Origin: Vulcanimicrobiota bacterium
Lineage (GTDB): Bacteria > Vulcanimicrobiota > Xenobia > Xenobiales > JADMJV01
Length of the DNA: 64,000 nucleotides
Reading direction: 5' to 3'
Assembly: GCA_050250895.1 (NCBI GenBank)
Contig: JBFWNU010000007.1
Location: 192,001 to 256,000, forward strand
Below the pieces are notes generated by a model, which worked only from the letters and a program-made list of their open reading frames with translations, did no database searches and was not told where the DNA came from. Within the stretch, counting starts at the first letter, position 1; every line of letters starts with the position of its first letter. Below, in pieces: positions 8,701 through 18,466 of the stretch. Made by a program: the position numbers and the translations under genes.

Positions 8701-10851
8701 GTGGTTTTGACCGACTTTATCGAACTTCTTCTGGCCCGCAACGGAACGGAACTGTTGTTGGCCCCTGACAAACCCCCGTCGCTGCGCCTGCCGGACGGAC
8801 TTCACTTCACCTCGGACGACCCCGTGGACGAAGGTCTGATCGAACAGTTGGCCGTCGAGGCGCTCGACCCCGAGCGAAGGGCTGACTTCGAGAGGACCGG
8901 CTCGCTCACCATCGGCTACCGTCCCCAGGGCTTTCGCCAGCGGTTTCGGTTGAGTTTTTTCCGGCGTCTTGGGCGCATGGCTCTGGTGATTCGCACCCTC
9001 GAGTCGGGCGCCCGCAGCCTGGGAGAGTTGAATCTCCCTCCCACCGTGGCCCGCCTGACCGATTTCGAGCGGGGGTTGGTGGTGGTCTCGGGCAGTAGCA
9101 GTTCGGGCCGGTCGAACACCCTGGCCGCCCTCGTGCACCAGGTGAACAGCCGCCTGCCTGTGCATGTCGTGACCCTCGAGGACCCGGTCGAGTTTCTCCA
9201 CGAAGAGATGATGGCTACCATCAGTCAGCGCGAAGTGGGCACTGACGTCAGCGACTGGTCCGAAGCGCTGCGTTCGGCCCCCATGAGTAGCCCCGACGTG
9301 ATCGTAGTCGACGAAGTGCGGGATCAAGACGCTATGATGGGAGTCTTGCGTTGGGCTCTGTCGGGGCGGCTGGTGATTTGCACGGTCGAGGGGGCCGACG
9401 TCGTCGATACCATCTCGACCATGCTAGCCTTATGTCCTGCCAATGGCCGGGTCCAGCGGGCCGCCGAACTCGGCTTGTGCCTCAAAGGGATCCTGTGCCA
9501 GAAGTTGGTGCCGGCAGCCGACCAGCGGGGCTGGATCCCGGCCACCGAGCTGCTCATTCCAGACTATTCCATCAGCGGATTGATCCGCGAGCAGCGCATC
9601 GACGAGGTGGGTGAGTTCTTGCGGGGCTGCAATGAACCTGGAATGTTCAGCTTCAACCAGAGCCTGGCCGCTCTTTTCCGCAACGGGTTGATCCGTCGCG
9701 ACATTGCTCTGGCCTATTGCGGCAACGAGCTCGAGTTTCGCGCCGCCATCGGTGAGTCGCGCGCCTCCGAGCCCCGGCGCAACTGGGACTTGATGACCCT
9801 GCTGCAGCTGGCGGTCGAGCACAATGCTTCCGACCTGCACCTTTCCGAGGGGCGCCCCCCGATCTTGCGGATTGGTGGCGAGTTGGAAAAGCTCAACATG
9901 CCTAGATTGCGCTCGCGTGACATCCGGGCCATGCTCTACAGCGTGCTGACCGGGGCCCAGCGCGCCTCTTTCGAAAAAGACCGTGAGCTCGACCTCTCAC
10001 TGGCCATCGATCGCGGCAATCGCTTTCGTGTCAACGCCTTCTATCAGAAGGGATGTGTGGCGGCGGCTTTCCGGACCATCCCTTCGCGCATTCCCGAATC
10101 CTCGGAGTTGGGCATCCCGGACGCCCTGATCCGGTTGGCGCAAAAGCCACACGGTTTGATTTTAGTGGTGGGCCCCACCGGTTCCGGCAAGACGACCACC
10201 CTGGCCTGTCTGGTCGACCTGATCAATCGCACCCGGGCCTGTCACATTATCACGGTCGAGGACCCCATCGAGTATTCTCACGTCAGCCTGGTGGCCACCG
10301 TCGACCAGCGCGAAGTCTATTCTGACACCAACAGCTTCGCCAACGCCCTCAAGTTCGTCTTGCGGCAGGACCCTGACGTCATCATGGTGGGCGAGATGCG
10401 CGATCTAGAGACGATTTCGGCGGTCTTGACCGCGGCCGAGACCGGCCACCTGGTGTTCGCCACTCTGCACACCAACGATGCTTGCCAAACCGTCGACCGC
10501 GTGGTCGATGTCTTTCCGCCTCACCAGCAGCCACAGATCCGCCAACAGTTGGCCGCTTCGCTGCTGGGCGTCGTGTCTCAACGCCTTTTGCCCCGAGCCG
10601 ATGAAAGCGGGCGAGTGGCCGCGTTCGAGCTACTGATTGCGACCTCGGCCATTCGCGCCCTGATTCGCGACGGCAAGACGCACCAGATGCTCAACGTGCT
10701 CTCGACCAACGCCAATCTAGGCATGACGACCCTCGATCGCAGCCTGGCGCGGCTATTTCAAAGTGGACTGGTGGCTTTCGAAGAGGCAGCCCGTTTCGTC
10801 TCGGACCCGGAGATCCTACGCTCTCCCGAGAGCGTCGGGTTGTCGCCTTAG
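8701..10851 (+). CDS. Tandem PilT/PilU-family ATPase (degenerate N-terminal copy, intact C-terminal copy)
   Basis: Two PilT repeats. C-terminal: ASDLH, GPTGSGKTT, TVEDPIE, RQDPD..VGEMRD, TLHT. N-terminal: GSSSSGRSN, DEVRD, and TVEG in place of TLH. Confidence 0.9.
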   Translation: MVLTDFIELLLARNGTELLLAPDKPPSLRLPDGLHFTSDDPVDEGLIEQLAVEALDPERRADFERTGSLTIGYRPQGFRQRFRLSFFRRLGRMALVIRTLESGARSLGELNLPPTVARLTDFERGLVVVSGSSSSGRSNTLAALVHQVNSRLPVHVVTLEDPVEFLHEEMMATISQREVGTDVSDWSEALRSAPMSSPDVIVVDEVRDQDAMMGVLRWALSGRLVICTVEGADVVDTISTMLALCPANGRVQRAAELGLCLKGILCQKLVPAADQRGWIPATELLIPDYSISGLIREQRIDEVGEFLRGCNEPGMFSFNQSLAALFRNGLIRRDIALAYCGNELEFRAAIGESRASEPRRNWDLMTLLQLAVEHNASDLHLSEGRPPILRIGGELEKLNMPRLRSRDIRAMLYSVLTGAQRASFEKDRELDLSLAIDRGNRFRVNAFYQKGCVAAAFRTIPSRIPESSELGIPDALIRLAQKPHGLILVVGPTGSGKTTTLACLVDLINRTRACHIITVEDPIEYSHVSLVATVDQREVYSDTNSFANALKFVLRQDPDVIMVGEMRDLETISAVLTAAETGHLVFATLHTNDACQTVDRVVDVFPPHQQPQIRQQLAASLLGVVSQRLLPRADESGRVAAFELLIATSAIRALIRDGKTHQMLNVLSTNANLGMTTLDRSLARLFQSGLVAFEEAARFVSDPEILRSPESVGLSP

Positions 10852-10897
10852 GGCCTGTCAGGAAGTAACTCGTGCTCTCTGACAGACCTTAGAACGC

Positions 10898-12838
10898 TCA
10901 GAGCCAGCCGAGCAGGGCTTCGTCTTCGCCGTCGGCCGGCGGCAGCGTGCTGGGAGGCTCGGTCGGCGCTGTTGAAGGTGTAGGGGTTGACGCGGACGGG
11001 GGAGCGGCCACGGCCGGGGCGGGAGCCGGAGCGGGAGCTGGCGGCGTCGGAGCTGGCGGAGTCGGTGCGGGAGGCGTCGCTTTGGGAGCCGGAGGTCGTT
11101 GTCCGATGGAGGGTGCGGGCCTGGCTTGAACCGCCGGGAGCTCCATCGACGGATGACTCTCGGGCTCACGACTGGGGCGAGCGGGCTCGGCCGAGGGACT
11201 GCTTCCGGAAGAGCCCGCCTTGCTGAGGTCCTTGAGGCCTTCGAAACGTCCTTCATAAATGAGCGAACGAACCTTGCTGTTGGCCACCAGGATTTCAAAC
11301 TCTGGACGCGCGTCGTCACCGTTGCCGGTCAGCTTTTGACCCGAAACTGCCAACAGAGTTGAACATAGCAGTTCGCGCACCCGGAACTGATCGTCGGGAG
11401 CAAACAGGCCCACCATCTCGCTGATTGCGCTGGCCGGGTCTTCGCTTTGATAGACGGCGATGACGAGGTAGTGGGCAGCGGCGGCCTGGAGGGCCGCCAG
11501 GATTTCGTCCCGATGCTCCATGGCACCCACGGCGATGATGTCGGGGTCCTGGCGGGCTGCGTGTTTGATAGCTTCGCTCAAATTCTCGGTGTCACAACCA
11601 ATCTCTCGCTGGCAGACGAATGAGCGCTTGTCGGCGATGAGGAATTCGATCGGGTTCTCGAGGGCAATGATGTGCAGTTTGCGGTGGGTGTTCACATAGT
11701 CGATGAGCGAGGCCAGGGTGGTGCTTTTGCCCGAAGCCGCGCTGCCGGTGATGATGAACAGGCCTCGCTCTTGCAAGGCCAGGCGCTCCAGGAGTTCGGG
11801 GATATTCAGCTCGGGAGGAGTGGGCACGGCTGTGGGGATCAGACGGAACGTCGCTCCCAGCCCGGTACAGCCCCAGAACGCGCTCATTCGAAAACCCGAG
11901 CCCGAGACCGAGAGAGAGAACTCGACTTCTTGACGCTTGTGCAGCCGACTGCGCTTGTCCCCGGGCAGAGCCTTCAGGACGAGGGCTCGGCAGTCGATCT
12001 CGGAGAGGGGCATCTTCCCGATGGGAATCAGTTCGCCGTTACGCCGTACCATCGGCTTCGAGTTGGGCTTGATGTGCAGGTCGGTGGCGTCATTGGTAAT
12101 CACCACCTCGAGTAGATCTTCGATCTCGTAACCCAGGTTGGTGGGCAGGGCGGCAAGTTCGGCATCGCTGAGACCCTCACCGCTGGGCATCACGATGGCG
12201 GCCGGAGAGGCAGGGGCGGCGACCACGGTGGGGCCGGCCGTTTCCAGGGCAGCAAGGCGCTTCTCGATGGCGCTAAGGTCGGTTTTCTCGGCAGGGCCCT
12301 GCTTTCCGACGCGAGCGACCTGGCTCTCGGTGTCTTCCAGGCGCTGCTTGAGTCGGTCGACCTCGAGCTGAGAGGCCTCGAGTTCTTTGAGTCTGTCGCG
12401 CAGCTCTTTCTCTTGTTTGGCGAGCTTTTCTGCGAATTCTTTCTCCTGGCGGGCCAGCTGCTGACCCAGTTCTTGCTCGAAACGCTCGACCTGACTCTGG
12501 AGCCCGACCAGTTGCTCGGCCTTGGCTTCTAACGAAGAGAAGCGATCTTCGGTGGCATTCTCGAACATGCCCAGGCTCTCTTCGAGGCGAGTGACGTCGC
12601 CGGTGACGGCTTCACCACTCGGGGCGGCCTCGGGACGCTTGAGCCTGAGCGATTCGATTTCGGCCTGGAGCTCTTCGAGACGAGGCGAGAGGTCCGGTCC
12701 GCCGCCGCCACCACCCATCCCGTCACGCAGCGAATGGACCACCATCCAAAGGTCGTTGAGCTGCTCTTCGGTGGACTTTTTGACTTCGGCCCTGACCGCG
12801 CTTAAAAGTCGAGGAGGAATTCCTTCGATTTCTGCCAT
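10898..12838 (-). CDS. PilT-like ATPase domain with long N-terminal coiled coil and Pro-rich C-terminal tail
   Basis: ATDLHIK, GSAASGKST, LENPIEF, QREIG and RQDPD are present. Walker B reads VGAME and the His box is lost. PAPTP repeats form the tail. Confidence 0.85.
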   Translation of the reverse strand: MAEIEGIPPRLLSAVRAEVKKSTEEQLNDLWMVVHSLRDGMGGGGGGPDLSPRLEELQAEIESLRLKRPEAAPSGEAVTGDVTRLEESLGMFENATEDRFSSLEAKAEQLVGLQSQVERFEQELGQQLARQEKEFAEKLAKQEKELRDRLKELEASQLEVDRLKQRLEDTESQVARVGKQGPAEKTDLSAIEKRLAALETAGPTVVAAPASPAAIVMPSGEGLSDAELAALPTNLGYEIEDLLEVVITNDATDLHIKPNSKPMVRRNGELIPIGKMPLSEIDCRALVLKALPGDKRSRLHKRQEVEFSLSVSGSGFRMSAFWGCTGLGATFRLIPTAVPTPPELNIPELLERLALQERGLFIITGSAASGKSTTLASLIDYVNTHRKLHIIALENPIEFLIADKRSFVCQREIGCDTENLSEAIKHAARQDPDIIAVGAMEHRDEILAALQAAAAHYLVIAVYQSEDPASAISEMVGLFAPDDQFRVRELLCSTLLAVSGQKLTGNGDDARPEFEILVANSKVRSLIYEGRFEGLKDLSKAGSSGSSPSAEPARPSREPESHPSMELPAVQARPAPSIGQRPPAPKATPPAPTPPAPTPPAPAPAPAPAVAAPPSASTPTPSTAPTEPPSTLPPADGEDEALLGWL

Positions 12839-12867
12839 CGGCTAAACCTGTCTATCCAAGTTTGATT

Positions 12868-13161
12868 TCAAGCTTCCTCTTCAGGCTCGACTTTTGACGT
12901 TTGCTCTGACCGCTCGAACGCATCTTTGATGGAGCGCAAAAACAAAAGAATGAGGCGCATGGCGCTCCCACTCTTCCTTCTCTCGAGTTGCTCAATTACC
13001 TCCTCGACGGTGACCAACTCAGCCATCGCCTCTTCGTTTCCGTGGCCTGTCACCTGCAGATGGAGCCGCAATCTGTAGGCCTCGCGAAGGGCGTCGCGAT
13101 GGCGGCCAAAGCGCAATTGGGTGTTGACCGAGGCCGCCATTTCACGGAAGTCTTCGGCCAC
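12868..13161 (-). CDS. Small hypothetical protein
   Basis: 97-aa ORF whose start overlaps the upstream stop (TAGTG), in an apparent operon. Confidence 0.65.
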   Translation of the reverse strand: MAEDFREMAASVNTQLRFGRHRDALREAYRLRLHLQVTGHGNEEAMAELVTVEEVIEQLERRKSGSAMRLILLFLRSIKDAFERSEQTSKVEPEEEA

Positions 13162-15020
13162 TAGCTCTCCTCCTTATGGGTAGCCAGCAAGCCGTGCAGT
13201 TCGGTTCGACCAAGCTCCTCGGCCAGGTCCAGAGCGCTGCGTCCGCGGGCGTCTTGCTTGAGTGGGCTGGCGCCGTTAAAGAGCAGGCACTGGGCTACCG
13301 CGAAGTGATCGTGGGTCACGGCCGTGTGGAGCGGGGTATTGCCCTCGTCGTCGACCGTTTCTATCGAGGCTCCACGGGCCATCAGTTCGACCAGCATCGT
13401 GTCCAGGCCAAGCTTCACGGACAGGTGGAGAGGCGTCAGGCCATTGGCGTCGCGCGTCTCTAACTTCACCTTGCGATGCGACAGAACCTCGACCGTGCGC
13501 ACATCGCCCGAGATGACCGCCTGATGCAGGACCGTCGAGCCGGAGGCATCGCTGGCTTCGATGTCGGCCCCGCGCGACAAGAGGGTGGCTAGAATCTTGC
13601 GTCGTCCCCAGCGGGCCGCGAGCAAGGCGGGCAGTTCTTCGGATTCGGGCATCTTGACGCCACGAAACAGCAGGCTCTCGAGAATGCGCTCAAGGTCCCA
13701 GAAGGCGCACCAATGAAAGGCGGTCCAACCTTCGGTGTCGACCAGGCTGCCGACCTCGGGTTCTTCGTCGAGCACGATTTTGGCTTTGCGCTGGTCGCCC
13801 TGGGAAATGGCGTCCCAGAAGGCGCGGCTCTGGTCGTCCCACTCGGGCTTGGCCAGGTGGTCGCCGACGGACTCCACGATCTCGCCCGCCATGGGATGGT
13901 CGGGGCCCCCGAATTGTTTGAGGGCGGCCAGGGCCTTGACGAAGGTCTCTTGATAAGAGGGGCGACCGAGGGCCTTTTCAATGCGGGCCTGGCTGGCCAG
14001 CAATTCGACCAGTTGGGCGTCGCCTGGGACGTTGGTCTGCTCTCTGCGCTTGAGCACGCCGGTGAGCAGAGCCAGCGCGGTATTGGTCTGACCCGCTTCC
14101 TGACAGAACTCGGCCAGTTTTCGACACACGCTGACGGTCTCGGGGTGGGAAGGCCCCAGCCTGGCCTCGAGAGTCGCCATGGCCTTTTCGCCTTCCTCCA
14201 CCGCCTCGCGGAACTTGTCGTTGCGGCCGTAGAGTTGGGCCAAGGTCCAGCGAATTCGCGCTCCCTCGGCGGTGTCGGCGAGTCCCTTCTGAGTGCGCAG
14301 GGCAAGGGCTCGTCGGGCCACCGTGATAGCCTGGTCGGACTCGCGGTTGAGATAGATCTTGGCCATCTGATGGAGGCAGTCGGACTGCTCGACGGCGGTG
14401 TCACCCGAGACTTCTTGATAGATGCCGAGGGCCCGCTTGTAGAGGGTTTCGGCGGCCGCCACGCGGCGGAGTTGGGCATAGAAGTCGGCCAGGTGAAGGA
14501 CCACCGTGGCGGTAGCCGGATGGAACGAACCTAGAGCCATCTCGCAATCTAGCAAGATCTGACTCAGTTCGCCCTCGAGATCTTCTTGATGGGTGGTCGA
14601 CAGTCCCGAGACGCGTTTGAGCACGTTGCGAGAAGCCAACTCGCGACTGAGCGAGCGCTGGGCGCTAAGACCGAGAAACCCGAGCCCGCCGATGCCGCCC
14701 ACCACTGCGCCGCCGGCAGCCCAGGCCGGCTGCGCTCCCAGAGCGGCGAGCGCAACCAGTCCCGTCGCCCCCCCGAGGATCAGGCCGGAAAGGATGGTGA
14801 TGTCCTGGACCTGCTGGCTGCCCTGGCGAAAGACATACTTGGCCACCATTCCGACAGCCACTCCGACTCCAGCCATGATGACGAAGGTGCCGGGCAGCAT
14901 CGCCAGGCCAAGGAAAATGTTGCGGACACAGAGGTTGATGGCGCTGGCGACCGAGGCTGTGATGATCGCGGCCGGGGCGGTGTAGGTAAAAGCCTTGGAA
15001 AGGAAACGGGTGGCGGTCAT
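13161..15020 (-). CDS. Membrane-anchored TPR + ankyrin repeat protein
   Basis: About 4 N-terminal TM helices, kinesin-light-chain-type TPRs (LGSFHPATA, AETLYKRAL, LGPSHPET) and ankyrin repeats (GWTAFHW, GSTVLH, GLTPLH, GNTPLH). Confidence 0.88.
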   Translation of the reverse strand: MTATRFLSKAFTYTAPAAIITASVASAINLCVRNIFLGLAMLPGTFVIMAGVGVAVGMVAKYVFRQGSQQVQDITILSGLILGGATGLVALAALGAQPAWAAGGAVVGGIGGLGFLGLSAQRSLSRELASRNVLKRVSGLSTTHQEDLEGELSQILLDCEMALGSFHPATATVVLHLADFYAQLRRVAAAETLYKRALGIYQEVSGDTAVEQSDCLHQMAKIYLNRESDQAITVARRALALRTQKGLADTAEGARIRWTLAQLYGRNDKFREAVEEGEKAMATLEARLGPSHPETVSVCRKLAEFCQEAGQTNTALALLTGVLKRREQTNVPGDAQLVELLASQARIEKALGRPSYQETFVKALAALKQFGGPDHPMAGEIVESVGDHLAKPEWDDQSRAFWDAISQGDQRKAKIVLDEEPEVGSLVDTEGWTAFHWCAFWDLERILESLLFRGVKMPESEELPALLAARWGRRKILATLLSRGADIEASDASGSTVLHQAVISGDVRTVEVLSHRKVKLETRDANGLTPLHLSVKLGLDTMLVELMARGASIETVDDEGNTPLHTAVTHDHFAVAQCLLFNGASPLKQDARGRSALDLAEELGRTELHGLLATHKEES

Positions 15021-15287
15021 GGTCAAGGCTTAACTAGAAGCCGCGCTCCCCTCTCGCCTTCGCAATCGCTCGCCCCCTGATTAGGATTAGTCGGCCCGGC
15101 GTCGCGACGCCAGCGCCCATCGGATTTGGGCTCAATTTCACCCCCGACCGACCCCCTCCTGCTCGGAGGGGGGATGGTGGGCACCGATCCCGGCGAAGCC
15201 CATATCGATGGTCTCACGAAGCTAACATCGTCGCGGGAAAAATTGCATAAAAGGAAAGTTCGCCGGGGTTGCATTCTTCCCTGCGGA

Positions 15288-16199
15288 TCAGCGCCGGCCG
15301 TGGACGGCGCTGCGCGCTCTGATGGCCAGTTCGGCTTGCTGGCACATCGCGGCCAGCAGGTCGCGTCCCGGTCGAGAACCGAAACGCACCTGGCCTGAGT
15401 TGGTCCTTCGCTGCGCCAGAGCGGATAGAGAGCGCGCGTCGCCGACGCTTCGCAGGGCACTGGCGCCCAGCTGTTCGAGTCCCTGGCAGAGCAGAGTTCG
15501 GTGAGCCGCCTCGGCCAGGTGCTCGCGAGCCTCGTCCGGCAAGCTCTCGACCGCCCGGAGGTCGACTGGGGATAGATTGCAGGCCCGGCTGACTAGGCTT
15601 AGCTCGGGGTGCGCACAGCCCGAAGCCAGCCAGCTCAGTTCGAGTCGTCGCCGGGGCTCGAGTTGCAAGTAGGGGAGCAGCAGCAGCATTCGCTCCGGCG
15701 CCTTGGCTAAGAGATTCTCGGGTTGGTGACCGGCTCGCACGAAGTCCATGAGTAGCTCGGCCTCGGGGCCTGTCGCCCGGCTGGCCATCGGCTCGAGCTG
15801 TTCGACCAGGCCGGGGAAATGAGCTAGGTTAGCCAGCAAGCCCAGCGCCGTGGCATCGCGACTATAGCGAACCAACCAGCGTTGGAGGCGGTTCGGTTTT
15901 ACCGGCTTACCAAAATCGTAGCGCTGGCGATAGTCTTGCCAGATTTCGGACCATTGCACGCCCGGCGCTGGCCAGGCTTGCTCGACCAGGGCCCGCGCCC
16001 AGCCTCGAACGTGCTCATCCCGCAGCGTCAGAGTCTCTAGCAGGTGGTGCGATTCGAGCAGGCGTTCTCCCGAGTTGGTCAGGCATCCGCACTGGCCCAG
16101 AAAAGAAAGAAACGCCGCGGCGGAAGGAGAGGGGAGTTTCTCCGAAAAGAAGGTCGCGGTTGGAGTCCAAGGAGCGGCCGGACATCCCTGACGTTTCAT
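15288..16199 (-). CDS. Hypothetical Leu-rich helical protein
   Basis: 303-aa ORF filling the gap, with a HEAT-like C-terminus (ALRSVGDARSLSAL). Confidence 0.6.
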   Translation of the reverse strand: MKRQGCPAAPWTPTATFFSEKLPSPSAAAFLSFLGQCGCLTNSGERLLESHHLLETLTLRDEHVRGWARALVEQAWPAPGVQWSEIWQDYRQRYDFGKPVKPNRLQRWLVRYSRDATALGLLANLAHFPGLVEQLEPMASRATGPEAELLMDFVRAGHQPENLLAKAPERMLLLLPYLQLEPRRRLELSWLASGCAHPELSLVSRACNLSPVDLRAVESLPDEAREHLAEAAHRTLLCQGLEQLGASALRSVGDARSLSALAQRRTNSGQVRFGSRPGRDLLAAMCQQAELAIRARSAVHGRR

Positions 16200-16246
16200 C
16201 CTCGACTACTTAGCCGAAACCATTGTGGAACCTGTTGTTGCTGTCA

Positions 16247-17209
16247 ATGCAAGAGTTCTCAGATGCCCTGGCCCGCCGTTGCCAGTTGGTGGCCAGGCTA
16301 AACGCCGAAGGCACCGATTGTTTTCGCCTGTTTCACGGCCGGACCGAAGGTTGGCCTGGTCTCACCATCGACAGCTATGGACCGCTGATTCTGGTTCAAA
16401 GCTCGGGCCAGCCCCTCGAAGCGGGGCCGCTGGCTGAGATCCGGAGCCATTTCGAGGGGCGACCGCTGGTGTATCGCCACCGCCATCGGGGCCGGTCTCA
16501 TGAACTCTTTCATAGTCCGGAGGCCCATCGTGAGTTCACCGTGCGGGAACAGGGTCTTCGCTACCTGGTGCGGGGGCAGATGGCGGGCCTTGACCCCGAT
16601 CTCTTTTTGGACCTGCGCGCCATTCGTCGCGTGATGCGCGAGCGGGCGCGAGGACGGACCGTCCTCAACCTTTTCGCCTATACCTGTGGCCTGGGCCTGG
16701 TGGCGACCGCTGGCGGCGCACGCAGTTGCTGGAACGTCGACTTTTCAGGCTCAGCTCTCGAGTTAGGAGCTCGTAACTTCGCCCTCAACGACCTCACCGG
16801 CGAGTTCATCCAAGAGGATTGCTTTCCCGTGTTGTGGCAGCTCGCCGGCCAGCCGGTCAAGGGCAAGGCGGCTCGACGCCGCCCTTTTCGAAAGCTCGAG
16901 CCACGCCATTTTGACGTGGTGATGCTCGACCCTCCGCGCCGGGCGGTGGGCCCCTTCGGGGCCGTCGACCTGATTCGTGACTATCAGTCCCTGTTCAAGC
17001 CCTGCCTGAGAATCTGTTCTCCGGGTGGGGTTATCCTGGCGACCAACAACGTGGCCGCGGTCGACCGCGAGGAGTTCTCGCAAATGCTGAGCCGCTGTGC
17101 CCGCAAGGCCGGTCGGCCGCTTTCCAGTCTGGAGTGGATCCCTCCCGATGAAGACTTTCCCAGTCCCGACGGGCACCATCCCCTGAAAGCGGTGCTCTGC
17201 ACCTTCTAG
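16247..17209 (+). CDS. Class I SAM-dependent methyltransferase (RlmI/RlmK-like rRNA MTase)
   Basis: RLFHG..EG.PGLTIDSYG, LFLDLR, VLNLFAYTCG and FDVVMLDPP. Confidence 0.88.
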   Translation: MQEFSDALARRCQLVARLNAEGTDCFRLFHGRTEGWPGLTIDSYGPLILVQSSGQPLEAGPLAEIRSHFEGRPLVYRHRHRGRSHELFHSPEAHREFTVREQGLRYLVRGQMAGLDPDLFLDLRAIRRVMRERARGRTVLNLFAYTCGLGLVATAGGARSCWNVDFSGSALELGARNFALNDLTGEFIQEDCFPVLWQLAGQPVKGKAARRRPFRKLEPRHFDVVMLDPPRRAVGPFGAVDLIRDYQSLFKPCLRICSPGGVILATNNVAAVDREEFSQMLSRCARKAGRPLSSLEWIPPDEDFPSPDGHHPLKAVLCTF

Positions 17210-17213
17210 AAAG

Positions 17214-17227
17214 AGAACAAATGTTCT
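17214..17227. promoter_or_regulatory. Gram-positive-type SOS box (LexA operator)
   Basis: AGAAC-AAAT-GTTCT, a perfect GAAC-N4-GTTC palindrome in intergenic DNA upstream of a small ORF. Confidence 0.7.
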
Positions 17228-17299
17228 TTCAGGCACGAGGGAGTGAAACGACCCCATGGAAATGATGATAGGTCCAAGTTTCTTTCTGGAGTCAGATCC

Positions 17300-17503
17300 A
17301 TGCCGTCCCCCGAGGAGTTTGAGAGCGCCCGCCGTCGTATCCGTGCCCGCAGCTGGTTGAGGCGGGCCAGGATGGTCCAGGCCAGCGGTGAGTGGTGTCC
17401 CCGCGAGGCCCAGTTGTTGGCCGAAGACTCGCCCGAACTGGCCGAGAACGATTTGCTAATCTATCAGGCCTGGCACGATCAGCAAGGCTTGAGCTTCTAC
17501 TAG
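17300..17503 (+). CDS. Small hypothetical protein (alternative start GTG 17243)
   Basis: GGAG lies 8 nt before ATG 17300. The ORF follows the SOS-like box. Confidence 0.6.
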   Translation: MPSPEEFESARRRIRARSWLRRARMVQASGEWCPREAQLLAEDSPELAENDLLIYQAWHDQQGLSFY

Positions 17504-17536
17504 GGTAAAGTCGATTCGGCCAGAAAGATAGGGTCG

Positions 17537-18466
17537 ATGAGGCTCTCACCCCTGATCATGGACGCCCGTGCGATCCTCCGTCGCCTGACCAAAGAGGGAG
17601 CCATTCTCGTTTTGGTCAAAGAGCGACTCGACGGCGAGATGATCATGCGGGCAGCCAAGGGTCCGGCCGTCGATCTCGAGCCCGGCTCTGCCACTCGGCT
17701 CGTGCTTTCTCGTTGCGAGCAAGAGGCTCAGTCGGTGCTGGTGCTCGATTCGCGGCAAGAACCGAGCTTTGCAGAACTCGAATGCCGCTTTCGCTCCGCT
17801 TTGTGTGTGCCGATTCCTAATCCCGAGGGAGACGTCGTCGGAATCCTCTACGCCGACGACACGGGAGCCGGCATCTTCTCGTATCAAGACCGCTCGAATC
17901 TCGAGGACTACGCCGCCGACATGGGACAGCGCCTGGTGGAAGTGGACTGGGACGAAAAACCTCCGGCCCCCATCCAGCCTCCGGTTCCGGCAGTGGCGCG
18001 CGAGCCTCTGCCGCGTCCCTTGCGGATAGCGGCGTGGCTGTTCGCGGTCGCCTGCCTCTGGATAGTGCTGGCGGGTGCCTGGTTTGGCTTGCGCGGCGAG
18101 AAGGTCGAGTCTAACAACACGCGGCCCCCTGTATCGGCCGAAACCGAAGCGATGACCGTGGCCCGGGGGGTCTTGAGCCTGCTCCAGACCAACGATTTTC
18201 AAGTCTTGCGCCAGCGTTTGACCGATTCGGCCCGTTCACGGACCTCGGCCAGCGACTACACCGCCCGCCTGAAAAAATGGGCCTCGAAACCAGAACGCCG
18301 CGACGACTTGCAGCGACGCGAGTTGCTGCCCAAAGAAAACGGACCAACGACCTGTAAGGTGTTGGTCCGTTCCGATGGTAAGGACGATTGGATCTGGGTT
18401 TTTACCTATAACGGTTTGGCCTGGGAACTCGAGCGGACCGAGGGCGGCCCGCCCCTGACCAACTAG
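17537..18466 (+). CDS. GAF domain - TM - extracytoplasmic domain protein
   Basis: GAF motif RSALCVPI...VVGILYAD...FS..D, then a Pro-rich linker, one TM helix and a small C-terminal domain. Confidence 0.75.
   Translation: MRLSPLIMDARAILRRLTKEGAILVLVKERLDGEMIMRAAKGPAVDLEPGSATRLVLSRCEQEAQSVLVLDSRQEPSFAELECRFRSALCVPIPNPEGDVVGILYADDTGAGIFSYQDRSNLEDYAADMGQRLVEVDWDEKPPAPIQPPVPAVAREPLPRPLRIAAWLFAVACLWIVLAGAWFGLRGEKVESNNTRPPVSAETEAMTVARGVLSLLQTNDFQVLRQRLTDSARSRTSASDYTARLKKWASKPERRDDLQRRELLPKENGPTTCKVLVRSDGKDDWIWVFTYNGLAWELERTEGGPPLTN

Noticed and set aside
15100-15200. c-di-AMP (ydaO) riboswitch
   Set aside because: Only a GGGGTGAA fragment resembles it. The other conserved segments could not be found.
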